From a bacterium (GTDB lineage Bacteria; Verrucomicrobiota; Kiritimatiellia; CAIVKH01), in the NCBI GenBank assembly GCA_030432155.1, contig JAUIHQ010000003.1:1-50110 (forward strand): 50,110 nucleotides of DNA. The letters run 5' to 3'. Positions 27,160 to 37,700 of this stretch are shown here, in pieces. Each line of letters begins with the position of its first letter. Position 1 is the first letter of the stretch. The notes under the pieces are model-generated. The model had not been told where the DNA came from. It saw only the letters and a program-made list of their open reading frames with translations, and made no database searches. The position numbers and the translations under genes are program-made.

Positions 27160-28144
27160 TGTCCTCCTGATCCTGTTCGGCACGCTGGCGGTGGCCGCGT
27201 TCGGCATCATCACCGGCCTGGTGTTTCTCGGCGTGGACCGTATTCTCGTCGCCCGGATGCAGGCCCGGATCGGCCCCCCGTGGCAACAGCCGTTTTTCGA
27301 CTTCTTCAAGCTGATGTCGAAGGAAAACGTGATACCCCGCAACAGCATCCCGTGGCTGTTCAATCTCGCTCCCCTGCTCGCGCTGGCATCATCGATCGTC
27401 CTCCTCCTCTATCTGCCGATCGGCAGTTTCCCCGCCCTGCTCGCGGCCCACGGCGACCTGATCCTGATCGTGTACCTGTTGATCGTCCCTGCGCTGGCCA
27501 TGGTGGTGGGCGGCTTCGCCTCCAGTTCTCCCTACGCGACCATCGGGGCCCAGCGCGAAATGGTGACGATGATTTCCTACGAGCTTCCGTTGGCCACCAT
27601 CGCGGTGGCGTATGCGTGGAAACTCGGCCAGGCCGGGGTGGCCCATCCCTTCGCCCTCTCCTCGATCACCGCGAATCCCATATGGGGTCTCGTGGGGCCG
27701 GTCGGCCTCGCCGGCGCAGTCCTTCTACTGCTGGTGCTGATCGTGGTCACGCCGGGCGAACTCTCCCGGATTCCCTTCGACACCCCGGAAGCGGAAACCG
27801 AGCTGGCGGGCGGCTTGCTGGTGGAATATTCCGGCCGCAACTTCGCCCTGTTCTACCTCGCCCTCGGGGTGAAATCGATCGTGATGGCGGCCCTGGTCGT
27901 GGCCCTGTTCTTCCCGTGGAACGTGTCCGACTTCATCGCCTTGCCGACGGTGGCGGCCCGTATCGCCGACCTCGCGTTCTGGCTGTTGAAGATTGAAGTC
28001 GTGATCTTCTTCGCGGCCTCGCTGATCCGGATCTCGCTGGCCCGTTTGCGGATCAATCACGTGGTATCGCTGTACTGGAAATATCTCGGGGCCGTGGGCT
28101 TTCTCGCTCTCGCCCTGCTGATGATCGACGGGATGATTGCCTGA
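27152..28144 (+). CDS. mbhM: Mbh subunit M (NuoH-like membrane anchor)
   Basis: ARMQARIGPP, QPFFDFFKLMSKE, PFDTPEAETELAGGLLVEYSG. Confidence 0.9.
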   Translation: MGNVLLILFGTLAVAAFGIITGLVFLGVDRILVARMQARIGPPWQQPFFDFFKLMSKENVIPRNSIPWLFNLAPLLALASSIVLLLYLPIGSFPALLAAHGDLILIVYLLIVPALAMVVGGFASSSPYATIGAQREMVTMISYELPLATIAVAYAWKLGQAGVAHPFALSSITANPIWGLVGPVGLAGAVLLLLVLIVVTPGELSRIPFDTPEAETELAGGLLVEYSGRNFALFYLALGVKSIVMAALVVALFFPWNVSDFIALPTVAARIADLAFWLLKIEVVIFFAASLIRISLARLRINHVVSLYWKYLGAVGFLALALLMIDGMIA

Positions 28145-28159
28145 AAGGCGGATGATACG

Positions 28160-28561
28160 ATGAAATTGCCGATGATTCCCGAGCTGCTGAAACAGCTCAA
28201 GAAAAAGCCGGTCACCAATGCGTTCCCGGCGAAGCATCTGCCGAAATCCCTGGTCGAGTATCTTGAGGATGTCGAAGCCGGCCGGGCCCAGATCAACGCC
28301 CCGGTTCCCATCCCCCCGAACTTCAAGGGCAAGCTGAAATACACCCGCGCCACCTGCACCGGTTGCGGCATCTGCGTACGGTTCTGTCCCGCCCATGCGC
28401 TGGAGATGATCCGGAGCGAACGCAAGATCCGGGTCATGATCGGCCAGTGCATCGGCTGCGAACTCTGCACCACCACCTGCCCCGAGGGATCGCTTTCCAA
28501 AAGCGATGAATTCCTCTGCGCTGACACCGACCGTTATTCCTGCGACTGGGTGCTGAAGTAA
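28160..28561 (+). CDS. mbhN: Mbh subunit N, 2x[4Fe-4S] ferredoxin-like (NuoI-like)
   Basis: CTGCGICVRFCP and CIGCELCTTTCP. Confidence 0.9.
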   Translation: MKLPMIPELLKQLKKKPVTNAFPAKHLPKSLVEYLEDVEAGRAQINAPVPIPPNFKGKLKYTRATCTGCGICVRFCPAHALEMIRSERKIRVMIGQCIGCELCTTTCPEGSLSKSDEFLCADTDRYSCDWVLK

Positions 28562-28580
28562 ATCCCCCGGCAACAGTCTA

Positions 28581-28607
28581 AGGGCAGGCAGGAGCCTGCC
28601 CCTCCGG
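28581..28607. repeat. Third copy of the REP-like hairpin, between convergent genes (may also terminate transcription)
   Basis: AGGGCAGGC-AGGA-GCCTGCCCCTCCGG, same architecture as the copies at 16010 and 16191. Confidence 0.75.
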
Positions 28608-28620
28608 GATGCCCGAGGAA

Positions 28621-29400
28621 TCAGACGGTGAACTTATACTCGCCGATCAGGCGACGCTCGGTCTCGCCTTCGATTTTTGCCACGACCTCGATGTAGGGCT
28701 TGATCGTGGAGTTGTCGATTTTGTCGCGGAGCAGCTCGTCGATCTGAAAGACCCCGGCGGAGTTGACCATCCGGATCTCCAGCTTCACCGGGCGGGTTTC
28801 TCCCTTGTCCAGTTTGAGACTGTCGATGGCCCGGGCGGATACCGAATGGATATTCACCTGGCCTGATTCGAACGGAATGCGGGAACGGCCCTCGGACATG
28901 TCGGTGGCGTCGGCCACCTTCAGGCACCCGGATTCGATGGTCAGGCACCGCTCATCGGCATCGTGGGCGACGATGGCGTGAAGCACCTCGGCCACCATGA
29001 TCGTCAACTGCGGTTCTTCGTAGATCGGGGCGAGTAGCTGGCGCGCCTTGTGGTAACCGATCCACAGGCTGTACCGCTCATGCTGGTCGCGATGGACGCT
29101 GATGCCGACATCATGCAGACAGGCCGCAGTCACCACCACCACCTCGGCGTCGTCGTTGGTCATCTGATAATTCGCCACCACACTCGGCTCGACCCCGCCG
29201 GCGATCAGCAGGCGCAGGATCTTGAGGGCCGCGTTGGCCACGATGCGGATATGGATTTCGCCGTGGTCGCTGATGCCGCAGCGGTCCACCGCATTCATGT
29301 TGGCGCACTTCCAGAGCTGGCGAAGTTCGACATCCTGCTCCACCTGCTCCATCAGGCGGCGCAGCTTCTCGTTTTCCTTGACGGGTATGGTAAAGGTCAT
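28621..29400 (-). CDS. HD-superfamily metal-dependent phosphohydrolase
   Basis: DHGEIH, ACLHDVGISVHR, HAIVAH, KVADATDM. Start reassigned to MTFTIPV (29400). Confidence 0.85.
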   Translation of the reverse strand: MTFTIPVKENEKLRRLMEQVEQDVELRQLWKCANMNAVDRCGISDHGEIHIRIVANAALKILRLLIAGGVEPSVVANYQMTNDDAEVVVVTAACLHDVGISVHRDQHERYSLWIGYHKARQLLAPIYEEPQLTIMVAEVLHAIVAHDADERCLTIESGCLKVADATDMSEGRSRIPFESGQVNIHSVSARAIDSLKLDKGETRPVKLEIRMVNSAGVFQIDELLRDKIDNSTIKPYIEVVAKIEGETERRLIGEYKFTV

Positions 29401-29517
29401 GGGCGTATGGTGGCGGGAAGAACCAGGGATGACAATGCCAAACAACAGGGTATGATCGGGACGGCCGGAACATCATTTGCAATTCAAAAACCGCCTGATT
29501 AGACTCTCATAATCGAC

Positions 29518-29709
29518 ATGGAAGATACCGGAACATTTCTGTGCCCGTATTGCGGGCAGCGCAACGACGTGGCGATCGACCCCGGCGGCGGCGCCGACCA
29601 GCGGTGGGTTACCGACTGCGAAGTCTGCTGCCGGCCGATCGTGGTTCGGGTTCATATGGAAGAGAATGAGAGCACGCTGATGGCGGAACGCGAGGCGGAT
29701 GCGGAATGA
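29518..29709 (+). CDS. CPXCG-motif small cysteine-rich (zinc-ribbon) protein
   Basis: CPYCG ... DCEVCCRP. Confidence 0.85.
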   Translation: MEDTGTFLCPYCGQRNDVAIDPGGGADQRWVTDCEVCCRPIVVRVHMEENESTLMAEREADAE

Positions 29710-30605
29710 TCCGGCGTTCCGGCCACGAAACCCGGGGCGGAACCGCCACCCTATGGCTGACCGCCCTGTTTGCCTTCGCCTGCCTGGCCGCGGCGGTTCT
29801 CGCCGAACGATCACACACGGTCAAAACCGGAGACACCCTTGATGAAATCAGCCGTGAATATGATGTCACGATCAAGGACATCGTGGAGGCCAACAGCCTC
29901 ACCAATCCCGACCGGCTGAAAGTCGGACAAACCCTGGTTATCCCCGACGGCCCCAATACACCGGCGGAATATGTCGTGCAGAACGGCGATACCCTTGGGG
30001 AAATCGCCCAGGCTCACGGGTCATCGATCGCCGCGATCTCGGTCATGAACAACATCACCGATCCCAACGATCTTTCCGTGGGCCAGACCCTCCTGATTCC
30101 GAAGAGCAACGACAGCCGGCACTACCCCCTCGACCCGAACCTGAAGGCCGAACTCGATCGCCTGAACGTCCGCAGCGGATGGCGATATATCGTGATCCAT
30201 CACAGTGCAGTCGACCAGGGTACGGTGGCCGGCATGGACCGGTATCACCGCCAGACCCGCCGCATGAAGAACGGCCTCGCATACCATTTCGTCATCGGCA
30301 ACGGCCGGGGTATACCCGACGGCAAGATCGAGGTCGGCAACCGTTGGAAGGGGCAGCTCGCGGGAGGCCACCTGGCCAGCGAATCACTGAACCAAATCAG
30401 CATCGGCATCTGCCTTGTCGGCAATTTCGACAAAACATCTCCCTCCCAGGCCCAGATGCGCAGCCTGTATGCACTTGTGCAATACCTCAACCGGCGCTGC
30501 AACCTCGCCGGGGTCAATGTGAAAACCCACCGGGAAATCAACACCCGCCCCACCCGCTGCCCCGGGAAAAACTTCCCCGTTTCCTCCCTCCGACAGAATA
30601 TCTGA
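29706..30605 (+). CDS. LysM-domain N-acetylmuramoyl-L-alanine amidase (Amidase_2)
   Basis: Signal peptide; two LysM repeats (HTVKTGDTL, YVVQNGDTL); IVIHHSA, YHFVIGNG, IGICLVGNF, HRE..T.CPG. Confidence 0.9.
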   Translation: MIRRSGHETRGGTATLWLTALFAFACLAAAVLAERSHTVKTGDTLDEISREYDVTIKDIVEANSLTNPDRLKVGQTLVIPDGPNTPAEYVVQNGDTLGEIAQAHGSSIAAISVMNNITDPNDLSVGQTLLIPKSNDSRHYPLDPNLKAELDRLNVRSGWRYIVIHHSAVDQGTVAGMDRYHRQTRRMKNGLAYHFVIGNGRGIPDGKIEVGNRWKGQLAGGHLASESLNQISIGICLVGNFDKTSPSQAQMRSLYALVQYLNRRCNLAGVNVKTHREINTRPTRCPGKNFPVSSLRQNI

Positions 30606-30696
30606 CCCGGGCGCCGGCTCGCTCTCATCAAGGTGTAAGGAACGGGTCGCGGATCTTGGCCTCCCGTCCCGGTGTGGTGATGTCCCCTTGCCCCGA

Positions 30697-30732
30697 TTGA
30701 CACAAATTTAATGTAGGTGTATTTTATACATC
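30697..30732 (+). promoter_or_regulatory. Putative leaderless sigma70 promoter/operator of vapBC-2
   Basis: Perfect TTGACA (30697-702), 17 bp, TATTTT (30720-25), 7 nt, ATG; palindrome TGTAT-TTT-ATACA over the -10. Confidence 0.6.
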
Positions 30733-31026
30733 ATGAAAAGGACGCAAATCCAACTCCCGGACAGCCTGCACCGGGAAGCGACCCGGGTTGCCGAGGACAA
30801 GGAGATCTCCCTGGCCGAACTGGTCCGACGAGGACTGGAATACATGATCGCGGTATCACCTGCGGGTGACCGGGAAGGGGCGGTGTGGCGGATGCCCGAG
30901 CCGGTGGACCTGGGTTCAACCGATCCGTTTGCAGCGGAGAGCTGGCGCAGCGACCTTCACATGACCGACAAGCTCGCAGCCGAGGAACGCGAGGACTACG
31001 ATACAAAGGATCATGACCGGCCATGA
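30733..31026 (+). CDS. vapB: Ribbon-helix-helix antitoxin
   Basis: MKRTQIQLPD...ISLAELVRRGLE; ATGA overlap with the PIN toxin. Confidence 0.8.
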   Translation: MKRTQIQLPDSLHREATRVAEDKEISLAELVRRGLEYMIAVSPAGDREGAVWRMPEPVDLGSTDPFAAESWRSDLHMTDKLAAEEREDYDTKDHDRP

Positions 31027-31460
31027 TCTCCTGCGATACGAACATCCTGTTTCCGGCTCTTGACCGGTCATCGGCTCGACACAAGGCAGCCCGGACATTT
31101 CTCGAAACCTATACGACCCGTGAGGATTTCTGCGTGGCCGAACAGGTTCTGATGGAACTGTACGTTCTTCTTCGCAATCCCACCGTCTGCCGCAACCCCA
31201 TGACGGCCGGCAAAGCTGCTGCGGTTATAAAAACATTTCGGTCGAATCCTCACTGGCGTATCGTGGATGTGGTGCAGGACCCGGGAATCATGGAGTGGGT
31301 GTGGAACATGGCTGCAAACAACGACCTCGCCTATCGCCGGCTTTTCGATCTGCGGCTCGCGGCAACCCTCCTTCATCACGGTGTGACGTCCTTTGCAACC
31401 TGCAATGAAAAAGACTTTCAGGATCTGGGCTTCACCACCGTCTGGAACCCATTCGATTGA
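31023..31460 (+). CDS. vapC: VapC PIN-domain toxin
   Basis: SCDTNIL, QVLMEL, FDLRLAATL, ATCNEKDF. Confidence 0.88.
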   Translation: MISCDTNILFPALDRSSARHKAARTFLETYTTREDFCVAEQVLMELYVLLRNPTVCRNPMTAGKAAAVIKTFRSNPHWRIVDVVQDPGIMEWVWNMAANNDLAYRRLFDLRLAATLLHHGVTSFATCNEKDFQDLGFTTVWNPFD

Positions 31461-31683
31461 TGCCCCGGCGAATGCACCGCCTCCCGGTACGTCAACGCCA
31501 ACCCTGAACGCAACCCGGCCTGCTTCGTTGAAAACGCCCGGATATGGGCATATATGCAGGTCGATACGCATCGTTCCAAGCAACCACCGATCTCAGGCCG
31601 ACATAGGGGATTCCCCTCTTAATTTTCTTTAAGGATACCCACGACGGGTCATCGGGTAGGGTATCCGCAAACGAGATGTCCGC

Positions 31684-34500
31684 ATGACAAACCAACCGCT
31701 GATCCGGCCTCTGTACCGGTGCCTGCTTGCCGCCGCCATCCATGCCGGCGGGTCGGCCTTCCCGCTCCACGCCCAATCCAACTGGACGGTGATCGGCTGG
31801 AACAACCTTGGCATGCACTGCATGGACAGTGATTACTCGGTCTTCTCGATTCTCCCTCCGTACAATACATTCCATGCTCAGGTCATCGATGCCTCCGGCG
31901 ACCTGGTCACCGATCCCGGCGCGGCAGGGATCGGCGTCGGGTACCATGCGGTCGCCGACCTTAACGGCTCCCTGAACCGCACCTCCCGCGACAAAAGCAA
32001 TTTCTGGCAGTACGACCAGGCCCTGTTCGGCATCGATCTGCCGGAGAATACCGGCCTGCCGGTACCCGGCCCGGAGATGTTCCACATGCCCGGCACAAAC
32101 AACGAACCGCAGGGGATGCGGTTTGAAACCGGCCTGAACTGGTTCGCCGCGCACGGGGTTCCCATTGCGCCCTATGATGATAACGACAAGCCTAACCAAT
32201 ACCCGATGATGCGCCTGACGGTCACCAACAATGCGGGCCATGTGCTGGCCATGACGGATATTGTGCTGCCGGTTTCCGACGAGATGGACTGCAAGCTCTG
32301 CCATGCCTCCGGATCCGGTCCGGATGCCGAACCGACCGCAGGCTGGGTATGGGACAGCGATCCCGGGCGGGATTACCGGCTGAACATTCTGCGCATGCAT
32401 GACGAGCTGCAACTCGGTTCCTCGACCTATAGCAATGCCCTCGCCGCCCACGGGTTCCATCCCGGCGGGTTGCTTCCCACGGTAACCGAAAACGAGCGAC
32501 CGATTCTGTGCGCATCCTGTCACCTCTCGGAAGCCCTGCCGGGAAGCGGTATTGAAGGCATCCCGCCCCTGACCGAAGCCATGCACAGCCGCCATGCGGT
32601 TGTCATCGACCCGCGCAACAACATGGCGCTGGATGCGGACGCCAACCGCCAGGCCTGCTATACCTGCCATCCCGGCTCGGAAACCCGTTGCCTGCGCGGT
32701 GCCATGGGCCGGGCCGTGGCATCGGACGGGTCCATGCTGATGCAATGCCAGAGCTGCCACGGCGGGATGGCCGAGGTTGGCAGTCCCACCCGCACCGGAT
32801 GGCTCGATGAGCCGAACTGCCAGGCCTGCCATGTGGGGAGCGCAACCAACTCTTTCGGGCTCATCCGGTTTGTCGACGCTTTCACCAACGGCAGCCTGCG
32901 TGTGCCCCATGAGGACATGTTCGCCACGAATCCCGACACCCCGGCCCCCGGCCATTCATTGTACCGGTACTCCGCCGGTCATGGCGGGCTCCAATGCTCG
33001 GCCTGTCACGGCTCGACTCACGCCATTTATCCGACGGCTCTTCCGAATGACAATGTGTCCATGGCTCAGATCCAGGGCCATGCCGGAACCCTCAACGAGT
33101 GCACATCCTGCCATGCATCGATGCCGAATACCCGCAACGGAGGACCTCATGGCATGCATACCATCGGGCAGGCATGGATCAATGATCACAACGATGCCGC
33201 TCAGCAGCTCGGTGCCAATTCCTGCCGGACCTGTCACGGGCAGAATGGTGAGGGGTCGGTTCTATCGCTGGCCTTTTCGGCAAAATCCCTTACATCGGAA
33301 AAAGGCAATGTGACGTATTTCAAGGGGCAGAAGGTAACCTGCTGGGGCTGTCATAATGGTATGTTTGAGAGTGATCCAACCAGCAAAGGCGTTCCGACGG
33401 TTTCCGACGTACATGCGGTGACAACGTCCGGCATCCCGGTGGCCATCACCCTGAATGGATCCAATCTCCGCATCATCGATCAACCCCGCCGGGGACAGGT
33501 CGCCCTCGCGGGCGGCATTGCAACCTACTATCCGGATTCCGCCTTTGCCGGCGAGGACCGCTTCACATTCGCCGCCAACAACGGCTTCAACGATTCCAAT
33601 CTCGGTACGACAACCATCCGGGTTGAGCCGCATCCCGACGGGCTCGCACCGCCCGAACCCGCCGCCATCTTCGCCTTCGGGACCGCAACGAATGATGACC
33701 TGGCCTTTGTCTCCCGCCTTGGCGGCGCCTACCGCCTGGAAGCGGCGACCAGTCTGACCCAGCAGGCGTGGACCGAGGTGGTCTCCCCGGTCTGGGGCCG
33801 TACCGACGTCACCCGTGTACCCAACCAGGCCGTGTTTACCTACATGCAGATGTTCCGGGTGGTCAGCATCGATGCGCCCGCGGCCCCGACCCCTTCGACG
33901 GACCGGGCAGCGGACCCTGCATACGACGCGGGATGGCTGGACGCATCCAATGGCGGCGTCGGGTTCAGCAACTGGGTCCTCAACGTCACCGGCGGTTCCG
34001 GCGGACATTTCATCGCCGACACCAACGCTCCCGATCTCAATGCAGGCGTCCGGAGCTGGGGACTGTGGGCAAACAGCGGAAGTTTGGCCGAGGCCATTCG
34101 GTCGTTTGCGACACCCTTGAACGATGGGGATGCGGTAATCCTTCACGTCGAGAACAACTATGTCGATACCGGGAACCGGGTGGGGATCGACTTTCTGAAC
34201 GCCTCGGGCATTCCGCTGGTTCGGTGGCAATTCACCGGAGGTGATGACGTGTACCAGGTGGAGGATTTTGCCGGATTGCGCGACACCTTCATCCCCTGGT
34301 CCAACCTCGGCTGGGACGTATCCCTTCGCATCACCGGCGACAGCGACTATCTTCTCAGTTGCGGCGACCATCACATACCGGGCATTCTCGTCAGCCATGC
34401 CGACCGCCGGGTCGCCGCCATCCGGCTGTGGAACGACAACGCCGGCTCCGGATCCGATCACGACCTGTATATCAGCGACCTGATGGTCCAGACGCCGTAA
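31684..34500 (+). CDS. Secreted nine-heme cytochrome c with C-terminal Ig/cadherin-like and beta-rich domains
   Basis: Signal peptide; WNNLGMHC N-terminal domain; CxxCH x9 (CKLCH, CASCH, CYTCH, CQSCH, CQACH, CSACH, CTSCH, CRTCH, CWGCH); Big_9-like YYPDSAFAGEDRFTF. Confidence 0.85.
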   Translation: MTNQPLIRPLYRCLLAAAIHAGGSAFPLHAQSNWTVIGWNNLGMHCMDSDYSVFSILPPYNTFHAQVIDASGDLVTDPGAAGIGVGYHAVADLNGSLNRTSRDKSNFWQYDQALFGIDLPENTGLPVPGPEMFHMPGTNNEPQGMRFETGLNWFAAHGVPIAPYDDNDKPNQYPMMRLTVTNNAGHVLAMTDIVLPVSDEMDCKLCHASGSGPDAEPTAGWVWDSDPGRDYRLNILRMHDELQLGSSTYSNALAAHGFHPGGLLPTVTENERPILCASCHLSEALPGSGIEGIPPLTEAMHSRHAVVIDPRNNMALDADANRQACYTCHPGSETRCLRGAMGRAVASDGSMLMQCQSCHGGMAEVGSPTRTGWLDEPNCQACHVGSATNSFGLIRFVDAFTNGSLRVPHEDMFATNPDTPAPGHSLYRYSAGHGGLQCSACHGSTHAIYPTALPNDNVSMAQIQGHAGTLNECTSCHASMPNTRNGGPHGMHTIGQAWINDHNDAAQQLGANSCRTCHGQNGEGSVLSLAFSAKSLTSEKGNVTYFKGQKVTCWGCHNGMFESDPTSKGVPTVSDVHAVTTSGIPVAITLNGSNLRIIDQPRRGQVALAGGIATYYPDSAFAGEDRFTFAANNGFNDSNLGTTTIRVEPHPDGLAPPEPAAIFAFGTATNDDLAFVSRLGGAYRLEAATSLTQQAWTEVVSPVWGRTDVTRVPNQAVFTYMQMFRVVSIDAPAAPTPSTDRAADPAYDAGWLDASNGGVGFSNWVLNVTGGSGGHFIADTNAPDLNAGVRSWGLWANSGSLAEAIRSFATPLNDGDAVILHVENNYVDTGNRVGIDFLNASGIPLVRWQFTGGDDVYQVEDFAGLRDTFIPWSNLGWDVSLRITGDSDYLLSCGDHHIPGILVSHADRRVAAIRLWNDNAGSGSDHDLYISDLMVQTP

Positions 34501-34778
34501 TCGAATTCGGCCGCCTCCGGGAACCCTTCGTCCTCACACCCGGCATCCATCACATCCCCGCCCCGCGGACAGCACGCCGGGCAGGGCAACGTCCCGGCCG
34601 GTACAATGATTTAATATTGAGCAAAGATTCACTGCGGCAGGTCGAAGGCAGGCAGGGCGGAAACCCGGGAGCAGGGCCCTTTCGGCCTGTCCACGCGGCG
34701 CTTGACGCACAGACTCGGAAAACCCTAGGGTGGACGCCTTTACTGTGGTGGCGGACAGTCACGCCGGAGAACAGCTTT

Positions 34779-37700
34779 ATGGACAAGCAACAGACCTCGG
34801 AATCCCATCGCGAAGACTCACCGGCCGCAGACGCCGGATTCTTCGACCGGCAGGACGGCCCGTTCTTCCGTACCGTGGATTGGTTGACCTTCTGGGTCGG
34901 CTTCATTGTCTCCTTCGGGGTCTATTTCCACACCCTCGCCCCCACCGTCACCCTCGAAGATTCGGGCGAGCTTGCGGTGGCGTCCGACTACCTCGGCGTC
35001 CCCCACCCCCCCGGTTATCCGATCTGGACCTTGATCACCTGGTTCTTTCAGTGGATCTTCCACTGGGTCAAATACTTCGGGACACCGGACGAGAACATCG
35101 TCATCGTGCTCAAATCGCTGAAAGCCGTCTTTACCGGCTCCCCTGAGGGCCATCCCAATCCCGCGTGGTCGGTGGGCCTGATGTCCGCCTTCTTCGGCGC
35201 CCTGTCCTGCGGCATCCTCTCCATCCTCATCAGCCGGTCCGGCGCCGACATCATCAGCAGCTACAAGACGGCGATGGACAAGATCGGGCTCAAGCTCGAG
35301 AACGTTCTCTGCTTTGCCGCCGGCGTCACCGGCGGGCTTCTGTTCGCCTTCAGCCCGGTCCTGTGGTCCCAGTCCACGATCGTGGAGGTATACAGCCTCA
35401 ACGCATTCTTCATGGCCCTGACCGTACTTCTCCTCTACCGATGGATGTGCCGGCCCAAGGAAGACAACATTCTGTACGCCGCGGCGTTTATCTTCGGTCT
35501 CGGGTTAACCAACCACCAGACCCTGGTCTTCATCGGACCGGCGATCCTTGTCGCCATGTGGTTCCGTGACCGGGCTCTGCTCCGCGACTGCCTGGCCGGC
35601 CTGTTCTGGCTGATTTCGATCTACATGTTCTACAAGGCCATCCAGATGGGGTCGCCCCAGGGAGCGGAGGCCATTCACAAGAAGCAGGCGATGTTCACCT
35701 TCGGCATCATATTCCTACTCCTTCCCGGCGGACTGTTCTTCATCGAGCGGGCGCTGTTCACCGAATGGAAACGTTTCCTGATCACCGCCGGCCTCGCGAT
35801 TCTCGGCATCTCATTTTACGCCTACCTGCCGGTCGCCTCGGAACAGAACCCGCCGATGAACTGGGGATATCCCCGGACCACCGAGGGCTTCTGGCATGCC
35901 ATCAGCCGCGGGCAGTATGAAAAAATCGACCCTATCAAGAACTTCAACGAGGTCATCCAGAGCCCGCAGAAGTACTTCACCCTCGTCAACAAGATCATCT
36001 TCAACGCCAAGGACTCGACCTCGGTCGTCGCGCAGTTCCAGTGGTATCTCAGCTTCCTCGTGCTGATCCCCGTCCTCTTCTTTGGAAAGATCAGCCGACA
36101 ATCGCGACACTGGCTCATCGTCAGCCTGATCATGTTTTTCTTCCTGACGTTCTTCTTTATTATCTTTCAATATCCCGAGCCGGATGTGCAGACCCTGTTC
36201 ATCGGCCGCGTGCAATACATCCAGGCCCACGCCATCTTCGCCATATGGATCAGCTACGGCCTGATTTTCGGCCTGAGCTGGCTGGAGTCGCGCGGCACCG
36301 GGAACCGGATGTTCACTTATGGCGCCGCCCTCGCGATCCTGCTCCTTCCCCTGATCCCGATTGCCCGCAACGCCTATGATGACAAGTTCATCCGCGATGT
36401 CGGCGGCTGCGAACAGAACGGCCATGACTTCGGCTGGCAGTTCGGGCACTGGCAGCTTCAGGGCGCGGAAGCAATCACCAACGAGATCTCGGAAGATGAG
36501 CGGGCTTCCTACCCCACCCCGGGGTATCCGCCGGTCATGGAAACCAACGCCATCTTCTTCGGCGGCACCGACCCCGGCCGGTTTGTGCCAACCTATATGA
36601 TTTATTCCGCCGACGTGCGTTCCGACGTATACCTGATCACCCAGAATGCGCTGGCCGACAACACCTACATGAATGTCATGCGCGATCTGTACGGTGATAC
36701 GATCTGGATTCCGTCCCAGCAGGACAGCAACATCGCCTTTCAGCAATACGTGTCCGACGTGCAGGCCGGCCGCATCCCCGCCGGGGCCGCGGTCAGCATC
36801 GAAGGCGGCCGGGTCAGCGTCCAGGGTGTCCAGGGCGTGATGACCATCAACGGCATTCTCGCGAAAATGATCTTCGACGCCAACAAGCACAAACATGCGT
36901 TTTACGTCGAAGAGAGTTACGTCATCCCGTGGATGTATCCCTACCTTGAACCCCACGGCCTGATCATGAAGATCAATCGCGAACCGCTGGACCAGTTGTC
37001 GCCCGAGGTGGTCGAGAACGACCGCAAGTTCTGGGACTGGTACAAGAACCGGCTGACATCAAATCCGAAATTCCATCGCGATGTCGTCGCCCGCAAAACG
37101 TTTTCCAAGCTCCGCAGCGCCATCGCCGGACTCTATGCTTCACGCCGCATGTATCCGGAAAGCGAATACGCATTCCGGCAGGCGATCAGCCTGTATCCCC
37201 TGAGCCCCGAGGCCAACTTCCGCCTCGCGGATATCTTCATGCAGCAGTTCCGGTTCAGCGATGCCCGGCAACTCATCGAGGACTTCCTGCTCGAAGACCC
37301 CGACAACTCCAAGGTCGCTTCGTTCCTCGAGCAGATCCGGGCCATGGAGCAGGCCGACAACCGGCGGCGCGAGCTGGAGGCCCAGCTCCAGAGCGGAGCC
37401 GACATCAATGTCGCGCTCGAGCTGGCGACCATCTACCGGCAGATGAACCTGAATCAGTTGTTCGAGAATCTGACCCAGCGAATTCTCGCCCAAGGCAACA
37501 TGCCGCCGGCGGTGATCCTGCAGATCGCCCAGATGTACGGTGAAGCCAACCGCATCGACCTCTACATCAACACCCTCAAGCTGTATGTGGAAAAGGAACC
37601 GGCCAACCCGCGGGTCTGGCTCGACCTGTCCGCCGCCCAGGCCGCCCGCAACCAGACCAACGAAGCCATCGCCGCCCTTCGCCGGGCCGTCGAACTCGGC

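Noticed and set aside
20399-28561. Plain Mrp antiporter, complex I (nuo) or Mbx/Mbs sulfane reductase
   Set aside because: The large subunit keeps both Ni-binding CxxC motifs and a maturation tail, there is no NuoEFG, and there is a single MrpD-like subunit in mbhA-N order.
34359-34778. N-terminal extensions in the ORF track (34359; also 3389, 12809, 17715, 20863, 24427, 24744, 29445)
   Set aside because: They overlap neighbouring genes or promoters; downstream ATGs have an RBS, coupling or family-consistent N-termini.
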